The notes: generated from the letters alone by a model not told the origin. A stretch of 64,000 nucleotides of DNA from an uncultured delta proteobacterium (GCA_963823335.1 CAWGLD010000008.1:32001-96000), one strand, 5' to 3'; positions 29,741-40,161 are shown, counted from the stretch's first letter. A program made the numbers and translations.

Positions 29741-30622
29741 TTATTCCACGTTCTGGACCTGCTCCCGTATCTTTTCCAGTTCAGACTTTACGTTAACGAC
29801 CATGTGAGAAATATCTGTTTTCGCTGATTTGGACCCGATGGTATTGAATTCCCGATTGATTTCCTGCATCAAAAAATTGAGTTTATGTCCTGATGGGTCC
29901 CCTGCCGTGATAATTGCTTCAAATTGCGCCAGATGGCTGCGAACCCTGACAATCTCTTCTGAAATGTCACTTTTGTCTGTCAAAAACGCCGCCTCCTGCT
30001 CGACACGCCCATCATCCAGATCAACCCGCTGTTCGGTTAGAATCGATATGCGTTCCATCAAGCGCTGCTTGTAGTGCTCCAGGAGTCCGGAACTGTCTGC
30101 TTCGATCTGATCGATGCACTCCTTAAGAAACCGCAGTCGTTGCCTGAAATCGTTGGCGATAAAGGCACCTTCCTTTGACCGCATGGCATCCACATCCGCC
30201 AGTACTTTCTGCATGCAATCTGCCAGGCAGGCCCAGGTTTTGTCGACATCCGACGCAACCTCCTTTGGCTTGATAAGATCATTTCTTGTGGTAACCCACT
30301 CCATGGGTACCGGCCCTTCCAGATCCAGGAGCTTTTTTAGGGTTTTCAGCGCCTGATGAAAGGCCCTGGCTTTGGCTTCGTCCACTTCGAATGCCACCGC
30401 AGTCTCAGACAGGTCATCGATGTGAAGCTTCACATCGACCCGTCCCCTTGCCACGCACCCGCTGATCAGCGTTTTAATTCTTTCTTCGAGGACCTGGTAT
30501 CCCGGGGTCATTCGCAGCTGAATATCAAGATACCTGCTGTTGTAGGTTCTGATTTCAACCTTTATGGAAATATCGTCCATGGTTTGTTCAATATTTGCAA
30601 ACGCCGTCATGCTTTTGATCAT
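29741..30622 (-). CDS. yicC: YicC/YloC-family endoribonuclease
   Basis: MIKSMTAF, RGRVD, DISEEIVR, QEINREFNTIGSK and EKIREQVQNVE motifs. Confidence 0.93.
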   Translation of the reverse strand: MIKSMTAFANIEQTMDDISIKVEIRTYNSRYLDIQLRMTPGYQVLEERIKTLISGCVARGRVDVKLHIDDLSETAVAFEVDEAKARAFHQALKTLKKLLDLEGPVPMEWVTTRNDLIKPKEVASDVDKTWACLADCMQKVLADVDAMRSKEGAFIANDFRQRLRFLKECIDQIEADSSGLLEHYKQRLMERISILTEQRVDLDDGRVEQEAAFLTDKSDISEEIVRVRSHLAQFEAIITAGDPSGHKLNFLMQEINREFNTIGSKSAKTDISHMVVNVKSELEKIREQVQNVE

Positions 30623-30680
30623 TGAAGGTTGGTTCCTTTCTCAGGTGGATAGCAATCGTATTCGACTATTTTCTTTCATG

Positions 30681-30850
30681 GGTGCCTTTCGCTCACTGCC
30701 GTCAGCTACCCTTGAACCCTCTTATCACCCTTGTATCACCCTCGAACCCTGGTTAGCCTTTTAGTGGTTTAGACTCATAGGTGCCTTTCGCTCACTGCCG
30801 TCAGCTACCCTTGAACCCTCTTATCACCCTTGTATCACCCTCGAACCCTG
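30681..30850. repeat. 71-bp exact direct repeat, period 99
   Basis: 30681-30751 equals 30780-30850 (GGTGCCTTTCGCTCACTG...ACCCTTGTATCACCCTCGAACCCTG). Confidence 0.85.
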
Positions 30851-31372
30851 TCTTTTCAAATCCATCGCATACTTTCCCCGAACACGCATTAAAAATGTCT
30901 GAACCCGATCTCCGGCATAGTCGGGAAAACTCCAGGGAAGCGATTCAAACCGGCCCTTGCGAAAAACAAGGGTCAGGTCTGCGTAAATCCCATTGCCTAT
31001 ATATATCCGATGGGCAAAATTTTTCCCGGTGGCAAGAACAAACCGTTCAAGGAGCAGATAACCCGGGTCGATATTGACAACCCGTTTCCCTTTGTCCGCA
31101 TAGTGTTTTTCGATTTCGTTGGTAAAAAGCTTGACCTGTGCAAGCTCGCTTTGTTGGACCAGCATTTCAAAAGCCATCATCCTCCGGTGAAGAGGCGCGC
31201 CCATTTCCGGTTCATAATAGCTTGTATGATCAAAGGGCATCCATTCGCTGACGATGTCCACATCGCCAAATCTTTCGATGAGATTTTCGACAACAGGTGT
31301 ACACAGGCTCTTTTCGTATAAAAAAAAACCGATGACGAGCTTGGCTGGTTTGGGGGGTCTTGGGTGGCTCAT
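30824..31372 (-). CDS. DUF4416 family protein
   Basis: YYEPEMG, R.VNIDPGY, LATGKNFAHRIY and W.FPDY motifs. Confidence 0.85.
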   Translation of the reverse strand: MSHPRPPKPAKLVIGFFLYEKSLCTPVVENLIERFGDVDIVSEWMPFDHTSYYEPEMGAPLHRRMMAFEMLVQQSELAQVKLFTNEIEKHYADKGKRVVNIDPGYLLLERFVLATGKNFAHRIYIGNGIYADLTLVFRKGRFESLPWSFPDYAGDRVQTFLMRVRGKYAMDLKRQGSRVIQG

Positions 31373-31413
31373 GGGTTCAGCTGCGGTTCAATCATTGGGC
31401 CATATGATACATT

Positions 31414-31584
31414 TCAGGCGATCGGTTTTGCCTCATCGATCAGCATAATGGGAATATCGTCCCTGATTTCATATCGTAGAAGGCAATGATCGCAGATGAG
31501 TCCGTTACCCGACTCGTCGAGATAAATGTCACCCTTACATTTCGGGCACGCCAGAATATCCAGAAGTTCCTGTTTGATCGCCAT
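31414..31584 (-). CDS. Trm112/YcaR-family protein
   Basis: LLDILACPKCKG...CDHC...Y.IRDDIPIMLIDEA; start 31584 after GGAGG. Confidence 0.92.
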   Translation of the reverse strand: MAIKQELLDILACPKCKGDIYLDESGNGLICDHCLLRYEIRDDIPIMLIDEAKPIA

Positions 31585-31631
31585 GCTTTCCTCCAATACC
31601 AACATCGCCGGGCATTGTTGTGAAATACGGT

Positions 31632-32081
31632 TCAATTATCATATTTTTCTCCAATTACGGCCATAAATTCCGCCTCGGCGACTTTCTTCCCATCCACCTT
31701 GGCAATACCGGTCATACGAACCGCTTTTGAGCGTATGTTGAGGATTTTTGATTCCAGTATCAATTGGTCCCCCGGCACCACCGGTTTTCTGAACCGGGCC
31801 TTGTCAATACCGGTAAAATAGACAAGCCGCCCTTTCAGTGTTTCCGGCAACGAGACATATGCCAGCACACCCCCGGCTTGTCCCATGGCCTCCAGGATCA
31901 GGACGCCGGGCATCACCGGCACCCCCGGGAAATGGCCCTGGAAAAAAGGTTCATTCATGCTGACATTTTTCAATGCCAGCACGCTTTTTCCCGGGTCGAG
32001 ATCCAGGATCCTGTCGATCAGCAGAAACGGGTACCGGTGGGGCAGATAGGTCATGATTTCTCTGATATCGTAAGTTTGCAT
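31632..32081 (-). CDS. fabZ: 3-hydroxyacyl-ACP dehydratase
   Basis: LPHRYPFLLIDR, FQGHFP...PGVLILEAM.Q and FRKPVVPGD motifs. Confidence 0.96.
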   Translation of the reverse strand: MQTYDIREIMTYLPHRYPFLLIDRILDLDPGKSVLALKNVSMNEPFFQGHFPGVPVMPGVLILEAMGQAGGVLAYVSLPETLKGRLVYFTGIDKARFRKPVVPGDQLILESKILNIRSKAVRMTGIAKVDGKKVAEAEFMAVIGEKYDN

Positions 32082-32128
32082 GGCGTTACCTCCGGTCTAT
32101 TTTTCCTGCTGAGCAATGCTACCAACTT

Positions 32129-32704
32129 CTAGTCTAACGCCTCGATATTGAAGTCGCCGCCCTTTTCAGCCAGAACATTGTTGTAGGCCTGAATCAACTC
32201 ATCCGTTATGTCGATGGATGACGGTGAATAAAGGACAACAGGGTTGGAGATTATCAGAAGATACCCTCCTTTTTTACCTAACTCCTGAATAATGACGTCC
32301 ACGTCCTGTTGAATCCGTTTGACCACACTGGCTTCAATTTTCTTGAGATCGTTTTCATACTTATTCTTGAGTGACTTGATATCGTTGATCTTGATACGGA
32401 TATCACGTTCGCGTTCATCGCGGGTTTCCTTGCTCATCACAAGGGCTTCCCGCTCAAAATCCTCCTTCAATTTCTCGATCTCTTCCTTCTTCACGGTCAG
32501 GCCGTTCTCCATCTCTCGCGCTTTCTTATTGATCTGCGCCTTGGCCAGTTTACCGGCCGATGATGTCAGCAATATTTTTTGAATATCGACCACACCGATT
32601 TTTGCAACATCCGCACCCAGACAAGGGCCGGCCAGCCACAGAGAAACCAGAAAAAAAGCGAGCATCGTTGTTTTACATTTAAACATTTTCCACCTCACAA
32701 TCAT
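32129..32704 (-). CDS. skp: OmpH/Skp periplasmic chaperone
   Basis: Signal peptide, KIGVVD, coiled coil, DITDELI; downstream of bamA. Confidence 0.88.
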   Translation of the reverse strand: MIVRWKMFKCKTTMLAFFLVSLWLAGPCLGADVAKIGVVDIQKILLTSSAGKLAKAQINKKAREMENGLTVKKEEIEKLKEDFEREALVMSKETRDERERDIRIKINDIKSLKNKYENDLKKIEASVVKRIQQDVDVIIQELGKKGGYLLIISNPVVLYSPSSIDITDELIQAYNNVLAEKGGDFNIEALD

Positions 32705-35337
32705 TAAAATAATGTCCCAACAGAAAATTCCCAGCGCCCTCCGGCATCTTCATTTCCCTTGGGATCCAGTATCCATCCGTACTCCAGGCGTATGGGACCC
32801 ATCGGCGAATACCATCGAACACCGAGACCATAACCCTCACGGGTATCCGTCAGATCGAACGATCTATCACCCCCATACACGTTACCCACGTCAAAAAATA
32901 AAACCCCCATCAATCCAGCATCCTTGACCAGCGGGAGGATCCACTCGATATTCAATTGAACAAAGCTGCTCCCCCCGATTTCATCACCATTCTTGTCTTC
33001 TGCAGAGATGTCCTGATAGCCAAAGCCACGTATCGAAGTCATACCTCCCAGATAAAACCGTTCATAGTCAGGCAGGAAACCACTGGGGTTCTCACGCACG
33101 TACCCCCCTTTCCCATACACCATGCCGACAGTGTCAAAAAACAAGGGATAGTACCATCCTGAGCTGGCAAGATATTTTGTGAAGCCGACATCGCCACCCA
33201 AACCCGCGTATTCAATCGAAACAGTGTCGTACGACCCTTCGGTGGGGTTGAACACACGATCCCTTGAATCATATTTCAAGCTGATCGTGGTGGCACTGGT
33301 GGTATTCTCTCCCTCACTGTCCTTGACCAGGTCGGAAACATCATTATCCAAGTTTGAAATATCGCTGACGTCATAGGAATAGGACCAGAATAGCCTGGTA
33401 TATTCAGCCACTACGGTTCCCAAACGAAGACGCCCGCCCAAACTCGATTTTTCATAATCGCTATATTCTCTCTTCTGGTTATAGACATCGAATCCGGCTG
33501 AAATGGACTTGTCAAAAAGATACGGCTCCGTAAAACTTAATGAGTAGGTGCTTGATTTTGAACTGACGGTCGTTTTTAATTCCAGAACCTGACCACGCCC
33601 GAACAGGTTGTTCTGGGAGATTGCTGCCGTCAGATATCCCAGGTCGACACTGCTGTATCCGCCTCCGAACATAAAGTTGCCGGTTGGTTTTTCAATGACA
33701 TCGATTTTCAAGAGAATCTGATCATCGCTACTCCCTTCGAGGGTTTCGACCTTTACGTCTTCAAAAAATTCCAGCCGGTACAGGTTTCGAATACCTCTTT
33801 TGAGTCTTGTTCCGCTGAAAAGCTCCTGCTCGTAAACCCTGAGTTCCCGCCGGATAACCTTGTCCCGGGTCTTGTTGTTACCTGTGATGGTGATGGATTC
33901 AAAAGAGACCTTTTTGCCGCGCTTGATCACAAAGTCGATGTTGACTTCCAGCTTCTCGAAATCCTTGTCGATACGGGGATAAATATCTGCATAGGCATAC
34001 CCTTCGTCCGAATAGACATCCGAAATCGTCGTGACATCGTTTCTGACCACTTCGCGGCTGTAAAATTCCTGGGAAGTGATCTTCAGTTTTTCCATCAGTT
34101 CGATTTCGGGGAAAATAAGGTCCCCCTCAACGCGCACCTTGCCAACCTTGAACTTTGGTCCTTCATCTATTTTAATCTTGATATATATCATATCGTCTCG
34201 ATATTCAATGACGGGTTCCGCAACCTTTGCCTCTATAAAACCGCTATTCTGATAAAAACTGCGCAGTTTGATGATATCCTGGTTCAACACTTCCTTTTCC
34301 AGTTCACCCGAGGATGTCAGCCAGCTCCAGAAACCTTTCTCCTTGGTTTTGATGACTTTCATGAGTTCTTTTTTCGTATAGACAGTATTCCCTTCGTAGG
34401 TAATTTTCTCTATTTTGACTTTTTTCCCTTCTGTGATCAGAAACAGCAGATCTCCCTGATTGTTTTCCAGTTCCTTGACCTCATAGCTCACCTTTACATT
34501 ATGATAATTCTTTTCCTTGTAGAGATCTTCTATACGAATGAGGTTCTTTTGTATGGCAAAGATATTGAGTATGGATCCCGATTTGATGTTGAGGGCCTCC
34601 ATAATTTTCTTGCTGTCGAAAACAATATTGCCCTTGAATTCAACGCGACGGATGGTTGGCTTTTCCTGAACATGAAACGTGATGACCTTACCTGAGGGGA
34701 TGTCTTTGGATTCAATGCGGATGTCCTCGAAATAGCCCATGGAATAGATGGACTTCAAATCACTCGAGAGCTGGCTGGGGACATAAGCATCGCCCGGTTT
34801 TGTCTTGATGTAGCGCTCGATGGCGTCAATCTCGATGCGCTTATTACCGGCAATGACAATTTCAGCGATCTTGGAGCGTTCAAACAGTTTGAAACCAATC
34901 TCCCGGGAAACCTTCTGCACGCTCACAAGCAGATTCTCGATACCTTCGACAGTCAAAAAGAACGTACTGGTCCCAGTCACCGCAAAGGGTTCGATGACCT
35001 TCACATCCAGACTGAGATTCTGCCCGATACGGGTCAAACTGCCCCAGACAACAAAATCGAGCCCTTGTTTCAAACCGATCCGCTTGGCATCCGGTTCCCC
35101 CGACGGCGTATCCCTCCAGGCTATAATATCAGCGGGCTCGGGTTCAACGATCTCCGCCCCCTCACGTTTCAGGTCATCTTTGATCAGTTTGGAAATTTCG
35201 GTTGAGAGGTAGGACAAATCCTCCTGAGCATTGATTCGAAAGGGCAAAACAGCCACCTTTTTGGCATTCTGCGAATATACACAGGGTGGAAACAGGCAAA
35301 TGAGTGCAATACAAATCAACCAACCTCTTTTTAACAT
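32704..35337 (-). CDS. bamA: Outer membrane protein assembly factor BamA with an extra N-terminal domain
   Basis: Five POTRA-like repeats; NLFGRGQ, IRGF, SPMGPIRL; terminal F; start 35337 inferred. Confidence 0.95.
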   Translation of the reverse strand: MLKRGWLICIALICLFPPCVYSQNAKKVAVLPFRINAQEDLSYLSTEISKLIKDDLKREGAEIVEPEPADIIAWRDTPSGEPDAKRIGLKQGLDFVVWGSLTRIGQNLSLDVKVIEPFAVTGTSTFFLTVEGIENLLVSVQKVSREIGFKLFERSKIAEIVIAGNKRIEIDAIERYIKTKPGDAYVPSQLSSDLKSIYSMGYFEDIRIESKDIPSGKVITFHVQEKPTIRRVEFKGNIVFDSKKIMEALNIKSGSILNIFAIQKNLIRIEDLYKEKNYHNVKVSYEVKELENNQGDLLFLITEGKKVKIEKITYEGNTVYTKKELMKVIKTKEKGFWSWLTSSGELEKEVLNQDIIKLRSFYQNSGFIEAKVAEPVIEYRDDMIYIKIKIDEGPKFKVGKVRVEGDLIFPEIELMEKLKITSQEFYSREVVRNDVTTISDVYSDEGYAYADIYPRIDKDFEKLEVNIDFVIKRGKKVSFESITITGNNKTRDKVIRRELRVYEQELFSGTRLKRGIRNLYRLEFFEDVKVETLEGSSDDQILLKIDVIEKPTGNFMFGGGYSSVDLGYLTAAISQNNLFGRGQVLELKTTVSSKSSTYSLSFTEPYLFDKSISAGFDVYNQKREYSDYEKSSLGGRLRLGTVVAEYTRLFWSYSYDVSDISNLDNDVSDLVKDSEGENTTSATTISLKYDSRDRVFNPTEGSYDTVSIEYAGLGGDVGFTKYLASSGWYYPLFFDTVGMVYGKGGYVRENPSGFLPDYERFYLGGMTSIRGFGYQDISAEDKNGDEIGGSSFVQLNIEWILPLVKDAGLMGVLFFDVGNVYGGDRSFDLTDTREGYGLGVRWYSPMGPIRLEYGWILDPKGNEDAGGRWEFSVGTLF

Positions 35338-35347
35338 AAAGGAAACC

Positions 35348-36094
35348 TCAGCACTTTTCCACAAATTGCCCGTTGGCAATCGTAACACATCGGGACATGA
35401 AAGCAGCCAGTTGCATGTTGTGCGTCACTACAACCATTGTCATTGAAAATTCCTGATTTAACTCTAAAAGCAGCTCGTGAACCTGATCGCTGTTCCGGGT
35501 GTCAAGATTCCCGGTCGGTTCGTCCGCCAGCAGAATCCGGGGTCTCATGACCAAAGCCCGTGCCAGGGCAACCCGTTGTTGTTCTCCACCGGATAGCTTT
35601 CCAACCCGGTGATGGAGCCTGTTCTTGAGCCCTGTACGTACCAGTATGGTCTCGGCCGCCTGCATGGCCTTCTCCTTGGAATACCCATGGATCAAAGCCG
35701 GCATCGATGCATTCTCCAATGCGCTGAATTCCGGGAGTAGATGGTGGAACTGGAACATGAAGCCCACGGATTTGTTTCGGAATCGTGCCAGTTTGCTGTT
35801 GTCGAACAGCAGGACGTCTTCTCCCTGAAAATATAGTTTTCCACTGTTTGGACGATCCAAGGTACCAAGGATATGCAGGAAGGTGGATTTCCCGATCCCG
35901 GAAGCGCCCACAATGGCCAACGTATCACCTTCGTCCAGTGACAAATTCACATCTCTCAGGATTTCGATGGGTGCGCCGGTATTCTGGAAAACCCTGGAAA
36001 GGTTTTGGACCTCTATAAACCGCTTCTCGAAAAGAACAGGTGTACCAGTGTTCCCTTCTGCCCTCCGCATGTTTTTGCGTCCCTCATCAACCAT
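35348..36094 (-). CDS. lolD: Lipoprotein-releasing ABC transporter ATPase
   Basis: [27 protein letters not shown] and ADEPTGNLD motifs. Confidence 0.92.
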   Translation of the reverse strand: MVDEGRKNMRRAEGNTGTPVLFEKRFIEVQNLSRVFQNTGAPIEILRDVNLSLDEGDTLAIVGASGIGKSTFLHILGTLDRPNSGKLYFQGEDVLLFDNSKLARFRNKSVGFMFQFHHLLPEFSALENASMPALIHGYSKEKAMQAAETILVRTGLKNRLHHRVGKLSGGEQQRVALARALVMRPRILLADEPTGNLDTRNSDQVHELLLELNQEFSMTMVVVTHNMQLAAFMSRCVTIANGQFVEKC

Positions 36095-37322
36095 AACGAA
36101 TCGCCTCGACAGGATCGAGTTTGGATGCCTGACTGGCCGGATAAAGGGTGGCCAGAAAACAGATCACCAGCGCGGAAAAGGCAATGATGACGACATCCAT
36201 GATATCCAGCTTGACCGGCAGGGTCGTCAGATAATAGACATCCCCCGGAAGTTCGATGAATTTGTATTTTTCCAAAAGCCCGCACAGGATAAACCCGATG
36301 CCGGTTCCTAAAAAGGTACCGATGGCACCGATGATCATGCCGTTGAAAACAAATATTTTTCGAATAGATTTATTCGTGGCCCCCATTGCCTTCAAGATAG
36401 CGATATCTTTTGTTTTTTCCATCACCATCATTATCAGGGTACTGGCGATATTAAAGGCTGCCACCATGATTATCAGGGCCAGAATTATGAACATCACTGT
36501 TTTTTCCAGCTTCAGGGCCGAAAACAGATTGTGGTTCATCTGCATCCAGTCCCGGACCCAAAAAGGATATCCGAGTTTTTCGACAATCTTTTTTGAAATT
36601 TCCCTGGCCTTGTAAATATTGAATACCCGTGCCTCGATACCGCTTATGGCATCCCCCATCCGGAGCATCTTCTGTGCTTCCTCGATGCGGACATAGGCCA
36701 TGGAACCATCGTATTCATACATGCCGGTTTCAAAATAGCCCAGAACCTTGAAGCGACGCATGGCCGGTACATGCCCGATGGGAGAAATCATTCCCCGGGG
36801 CGTTATGATATAGACACTGTCCCCTTTCAGAACATGCAGGCTCCGAGCCAGTTCTTTTCCGAGAATGATTCCCGGACTGACGGCATCACTGTCGGTGGCT
36901 GTCTTCGGTTCCGGGGTCGATTTCAAGGCTTCCGGGCTGACCCCTTTGATGACCGAACCTGCCGTTTCAGGATCAATTCCTCTCAAAACAGCCCCGGACA
37001 CGCCATTAGCCGAGCGCAGCATCACCTGGGAAAAGATGAACGGTGTCACCGCCTCAATACCCTCTGTATCCTGAATCGTATCCAGAACCTCCCGGTAATT
37101 GTTGAAGGATCCCGCTTGATGCATGAGCACGATATGAGATTCGATACCCAGGATGCGGGATTTCAGATCATCTTCGAATCCAGACATCACCGCAATCACG
37201 ACGATCAGAGCCATGACGCCGATCGTGACGCCCGCTATGGAAAGAATCGTAATCATCGATATAAAAGACTGTTTTTGCTTGGCTTTTAAATACCGACGAC
37301 CTATAAAATACTCAAAAGACAT
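36087..37322 (-). CDS. Lipoprotein-releasing ABC transporter permease LolC/E
   Basis: RYL...GVMALIVVIAVMSGF, VAAFNI, DIAILKAMGA and YPA..A motifs. Confidence 0.92.
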   Translation of the reverse strand: MSFEYFIGRRYLKAKQKQSFISMITILSIAGVTIGVMALIVVIAVMSGFEDDLKSRILGIESHIVLMHQAGSFNNYREVLDTIQDTEGIEAVTPFIFSQVMLRSANGVSGAVLRGIDPETAGSVIKGVSPEALKSTPEPKTATDSDAVSPGIILGKELARSLHVLKGDSVYIITPRGMISPIGHVPAMRRFKVLGYFETGMYEYDGSMAYVRIEEAQKMLRMGDAISGIEARVFNIYKAREISKKIVEKLGYPFWVRDWMQMNHNLFSALKLEKTVMFIILALIIMVAAFNIASTLIMMVMEKTKDIAILKAMGATNKSIRKIFVFNGMIIGAIGTFLGTGIGFILCGLLEKYKFIELPGDVYYLTTLPVKLDIMDVVIIAFSALVICFLATLYPASQASKLDPVEAIRYG

Positions 37323-37465
37323 ATTCTTGTTTCTCGCCCTTGATCAATTGAAGAACCGCGTGCCAAGCACGCGGTTTGTAAAATAATCAACGTCCCATCA
37401 GGAAATATTGACCGGGATGGAACCGATTGCTGAACAGGTTGAGCTACCCCATTTCATATGAGGTG

Positions 37466-38782
37466 TCAAGCTCTATGCCGAATCTCATGCTCGGCAAGCA
37501 TTTTCAGCCTGAAATGAACCGATGTTCCCTGATTCTTGATACTCTCGACATCCAGCCGGCTGCCATAGTACTCCAGTATACGGTAGACGATGGACAGTCC
37601 CAGACCGGTCCCGCTGTGCTTGGTGGTATAAAAAGGATCGAAGATGGCATCGACGTTCTCCGGCGGAATCCCTTCGCCATTGTCGGTAAGAACGATTTGT
37701 ACCCACCTGTTTTTTTGACTGACCATCTGGACGGTAATCTGACCTTCGCCTTTTATGGCTTCCGCGGCATTGAGAAGCAGGTTCCACAAAATCTGACGCA
37801 GATGAATCGGATCCACCTCCACAAATATGTCAGGAATCAGCTTGCGCTGGATAGTGAGGTTCCCCTGGATAGCACTGTTTTTCTGGAACAGTTCCAGAAT
37901 TTCGGAAATGGCCTCATCCAGCCGGATACTTTCCCGCTTGCCTGCCGGTGGTTTGGCGAACAAAAGAAAATCACTCACAAGCGATGTCAGGCGATCGGTC
38001 TCCCGCAAAACAATGCGCATGAGGTTATCGCGTTCAGGATCGTAGCGAGTATCTTCCCGCAGCACCTGGATAGATCCGGATAGAGATGCCAGGGGATTTT
38101 TAATTTCATGTGCCAGACCCGCCGCCATTTCACCCAAAGAGGCCATTTTTTCCATGCGCTTTACATGCTCCGACATGCGTTGAAGCTCGTTTCTGGAGCG
38201 CCGGGTCTGTTCCGAAAGAAAACCGCTTAAAAAAGCAACGGCATAGCATGCCACCGCTGTGATCATCACCTTGTAGAGAACCCGTAGCCAGCCGAATTCA
38301 TGTATCAGGGGACTGATATCCATGCCATAGGGCTGAATAAAGCCGTAGTATTCGAGACTGATCAGGATGGCGTACTGAAGACTGCACAGGCCGGCCATGA
38401 CCATACTTCCCTTTAAAAAAAGCAGGACACTCGAATAGATGATAACCACCAGATAGAGAAATGAAAAAAAACTGAGGAAGCATCCGGTTACGAGAACAAT
38501 CAATGTCACCACAAGGGTATCGATACCGATCTGAAAATACGTGAATACCACCTTGTGCTGAATTCTGGATATCGCTACCAAGTAGAAGAAAGATAAGATG
38601 AAAATAGAGCCTATCAGTCCATATAGAAACAGGAGGGGCGGTGCCAGCAGAGAAACGTTCTCATTGAGTTGTAGAACGATGGTAGAGCCCAGTAAAATGG
38701 ACGTAAAAACAAGCCGAAAGAACATCAGTAGCTTGAGCTTTTGTTCGAGATCTCTTTCGGTTGACATGGAGATGTTTTTCAT
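37466..38782 (-). CDS. PilS-like membrane sensor histidine kinase
   Basis: About 6 TM segments; AHEIKNPL, NLLLNA, DNGEG, FYTTK and GTGLGL; downstream of pilC; start 38782 or 38767. Confidence 0.8.
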   Translation of the reverse strand: MKNISMSTERDLEQKLKLLMFFRLVFTSILLGSTIVLQLNENVSLLAPPLLFLYGLIGSIFILSFFYLVAISRIQHKVVFTYFQIGIDTLVVTLIVLVTGCFLSFFSFLYLVVIIYSSVLLFLKGSMVMAGLCSLQYAILISLEYYGFIQPYGMDISPLIHEFGWLRVLYKVMITAVACYAVAFLSGFLSEQTRRSRNELQRMSEHVKRMEKMASLGEMAAGLAHEIKNPLASLSGSIQVLREDTRYDPERDNLMRIVLRETDRLTSLVSDFLLFAKPPAGKRESIRLDEAISEILELFQKNSAIQGNLTIQRKLIPDIFVEVDPIHLRQILWNLLLNAAEAIKGEGQITVQMVSQKNRWVQIVLTDNGEGIPPENVDAIFDPFYTTKHSGTGLGLSIVYRILEYYGSRLDVESIKNQGTSVHFRLKMLAEHEIRHRA

Positions 38783-38873
38783 GAAAGTTGAACCACAACA
38801 GCGAGCACCAACCCAGTGGCTTGCCACAGAGTCAGCGAGCAAATCTGAATCGGATGGAATTCCTTACGGTCGC

Positions 38874-38936
38874 TGCGAAGTACTACCACACGGCTGAACA
38901 TTCCCCATGGGTTCTGCCGTGTGGTAGTGCTTCGCA
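38874..38936. repeat. Inverted repeat with 26-bp arms between pilC and pilS
   Basis: TGCGAAGTACTACCACACGGCTGAAC / GTTCTGCCGTGTGGTAGTGCTTCGCA; one arm recurs at 24459-24496. Confidence 0.65.
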
Positions 38937-38949
38937 TCCTGTATGGTGT

Positions 38950-40161
38950 TTATCCTGAAATAGCCCCGGCCATTTTAAATACCGGGAGATACATGGCGAC
39001 CACCAGACCGCCGATCACCGTTCCTAGAAACACCATCATAAAAGGTTCTATCATGGCGGTCAGATTTTCTACGGCCTGATCAACCTCATCATCGTAAAAA
39101 TCCGCGATCTTGACCAGCATGGCATCCAGAGCACCGGTGGACTCACCCACCGCAATCATCGAACAGACCATGGAAGGGAAAACGCCACTATCCGCGAGCG
39201 GATCCGCCATGGTACGGCCTTCTGCAATCCCTGATCGAACACTGTATATCGCCCGCTCAATGATTTTATTGCCTGCAGTCTTGGCAACAATATCGAGGGC
39301 TTCTAAAATAGCAACACCGCTGGACAACATGGTGCCCATGGTCCGGGTGAATTTTGCCACCGCAACCTTTCGCAACAGAGTACCGATGACGGGCATTTTT
39401 AACGCTGCCGCATCCACCGTCAATCGCCCCTTGGCGGTTTTTTTATAACGGCTAAAGGCATAAGAAAAGATCACCGCTCCAATGATAAGGTACAGAACAT
39501 TATCCTTCGCGAAATCACTCATGGCAACGACAATCTTCGTGGGTACCGGAAGCTCACCACCCAACCCTTCGAACATTTCCTGAAATACCGGAATAACGAA
39601 AACAAGGATAACGCCGACGACCAGGATCGCGACGATGATCGTAATAATGGGATATGTCATGGCGCCCTTGACCTGGGCCTTCAGTTTGGCAGTCTTTTCC
39701 ATATAAGCGGAAAGACGTCGCAGAATCGTGTCTAGGATACCGCCCGCTTCCCCAGCGGCCACCATGTTGACAAAGAGATCATCGAACTGCTTGGGATATT
39801 TTCGCAGCGCCTCGGCAAGCGTCTGGCCGCCTTCCACCGACTCCTTGATGTCCTTGAGCATATTCTTGAACGTTTTGTTTTCCTGCTGGGAATAAAGAAT
39901 GTCGATACACTGGATGATGGGAAGCCCGGCATCGATCATGGTGGAAAACTGCCGGCTGAAGATAATGATGTCCTGTTCTTTTACCGGTGGTTGAAGAAAC
40001 GCCACATTTTCGAACAAGTCTTTTGGTTTTTTCTTGATTTTTGTGGGTGTTATCCTTAGTTTTGCCAGATGCTTTCTAACAGCATCCTCACCGGCAAGGT
40101 CGATTTCCCCTTTTTGCACTTCATTGCTTCTATTTTTACCTACCCACTGATAAACAGGCAT
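38950..40161 (-). CDS. pilC: Type IV pilus platform protein
   Basis: Two T2SSF repeats: FSRQFSTMIDAGLP, AGEAGG.L, AMTYP, VGESTGALD, IEP, AMYLP. Confidence 0.93.
   Translation of the reverse strand: MPVYQWVGKNRSNEVQKGEIDLAGEDAVRKHLAKLRITPTKIKKKPKDLFENVAFLQPPVKEQDIIIFSRQFSTMIDAGLPIIQCIDILYSQQENKTFKNMLKDIKESVEGGQTLAEALRKYPKQFDDLFVNMVAAGEAGGILDTILRRLSAYMEKTAKLKAQVKGAMTYPIITIIVAILVVGVILVFVIPVFQEMFEGLGGELPVPTKIVVAMSDFAKDNVLYLIIGAVIFSYAFSRYKKTAKGRLTVDAAALKMPVIGTLLRKVAVAKFTRTMGTMLSSGVAILEALDIVAKTAGNKIIERAIYSVRSGIAEGRTMADPLADSGVFPSMVCSMIAVGESTGALDAMLVKIADFYDDEVDQAVENLTAMIEPFMMVFLGTVIGGLVVAMYLPVFKMAGAISG

Noticed and set aside
30681-30850. Repeat-spacer-repeat as a mini-CRISPR or att pair
   Set aside because: The 71-bp unit is too long, there are only two copies, and it is built from the dispersed G-rich module.
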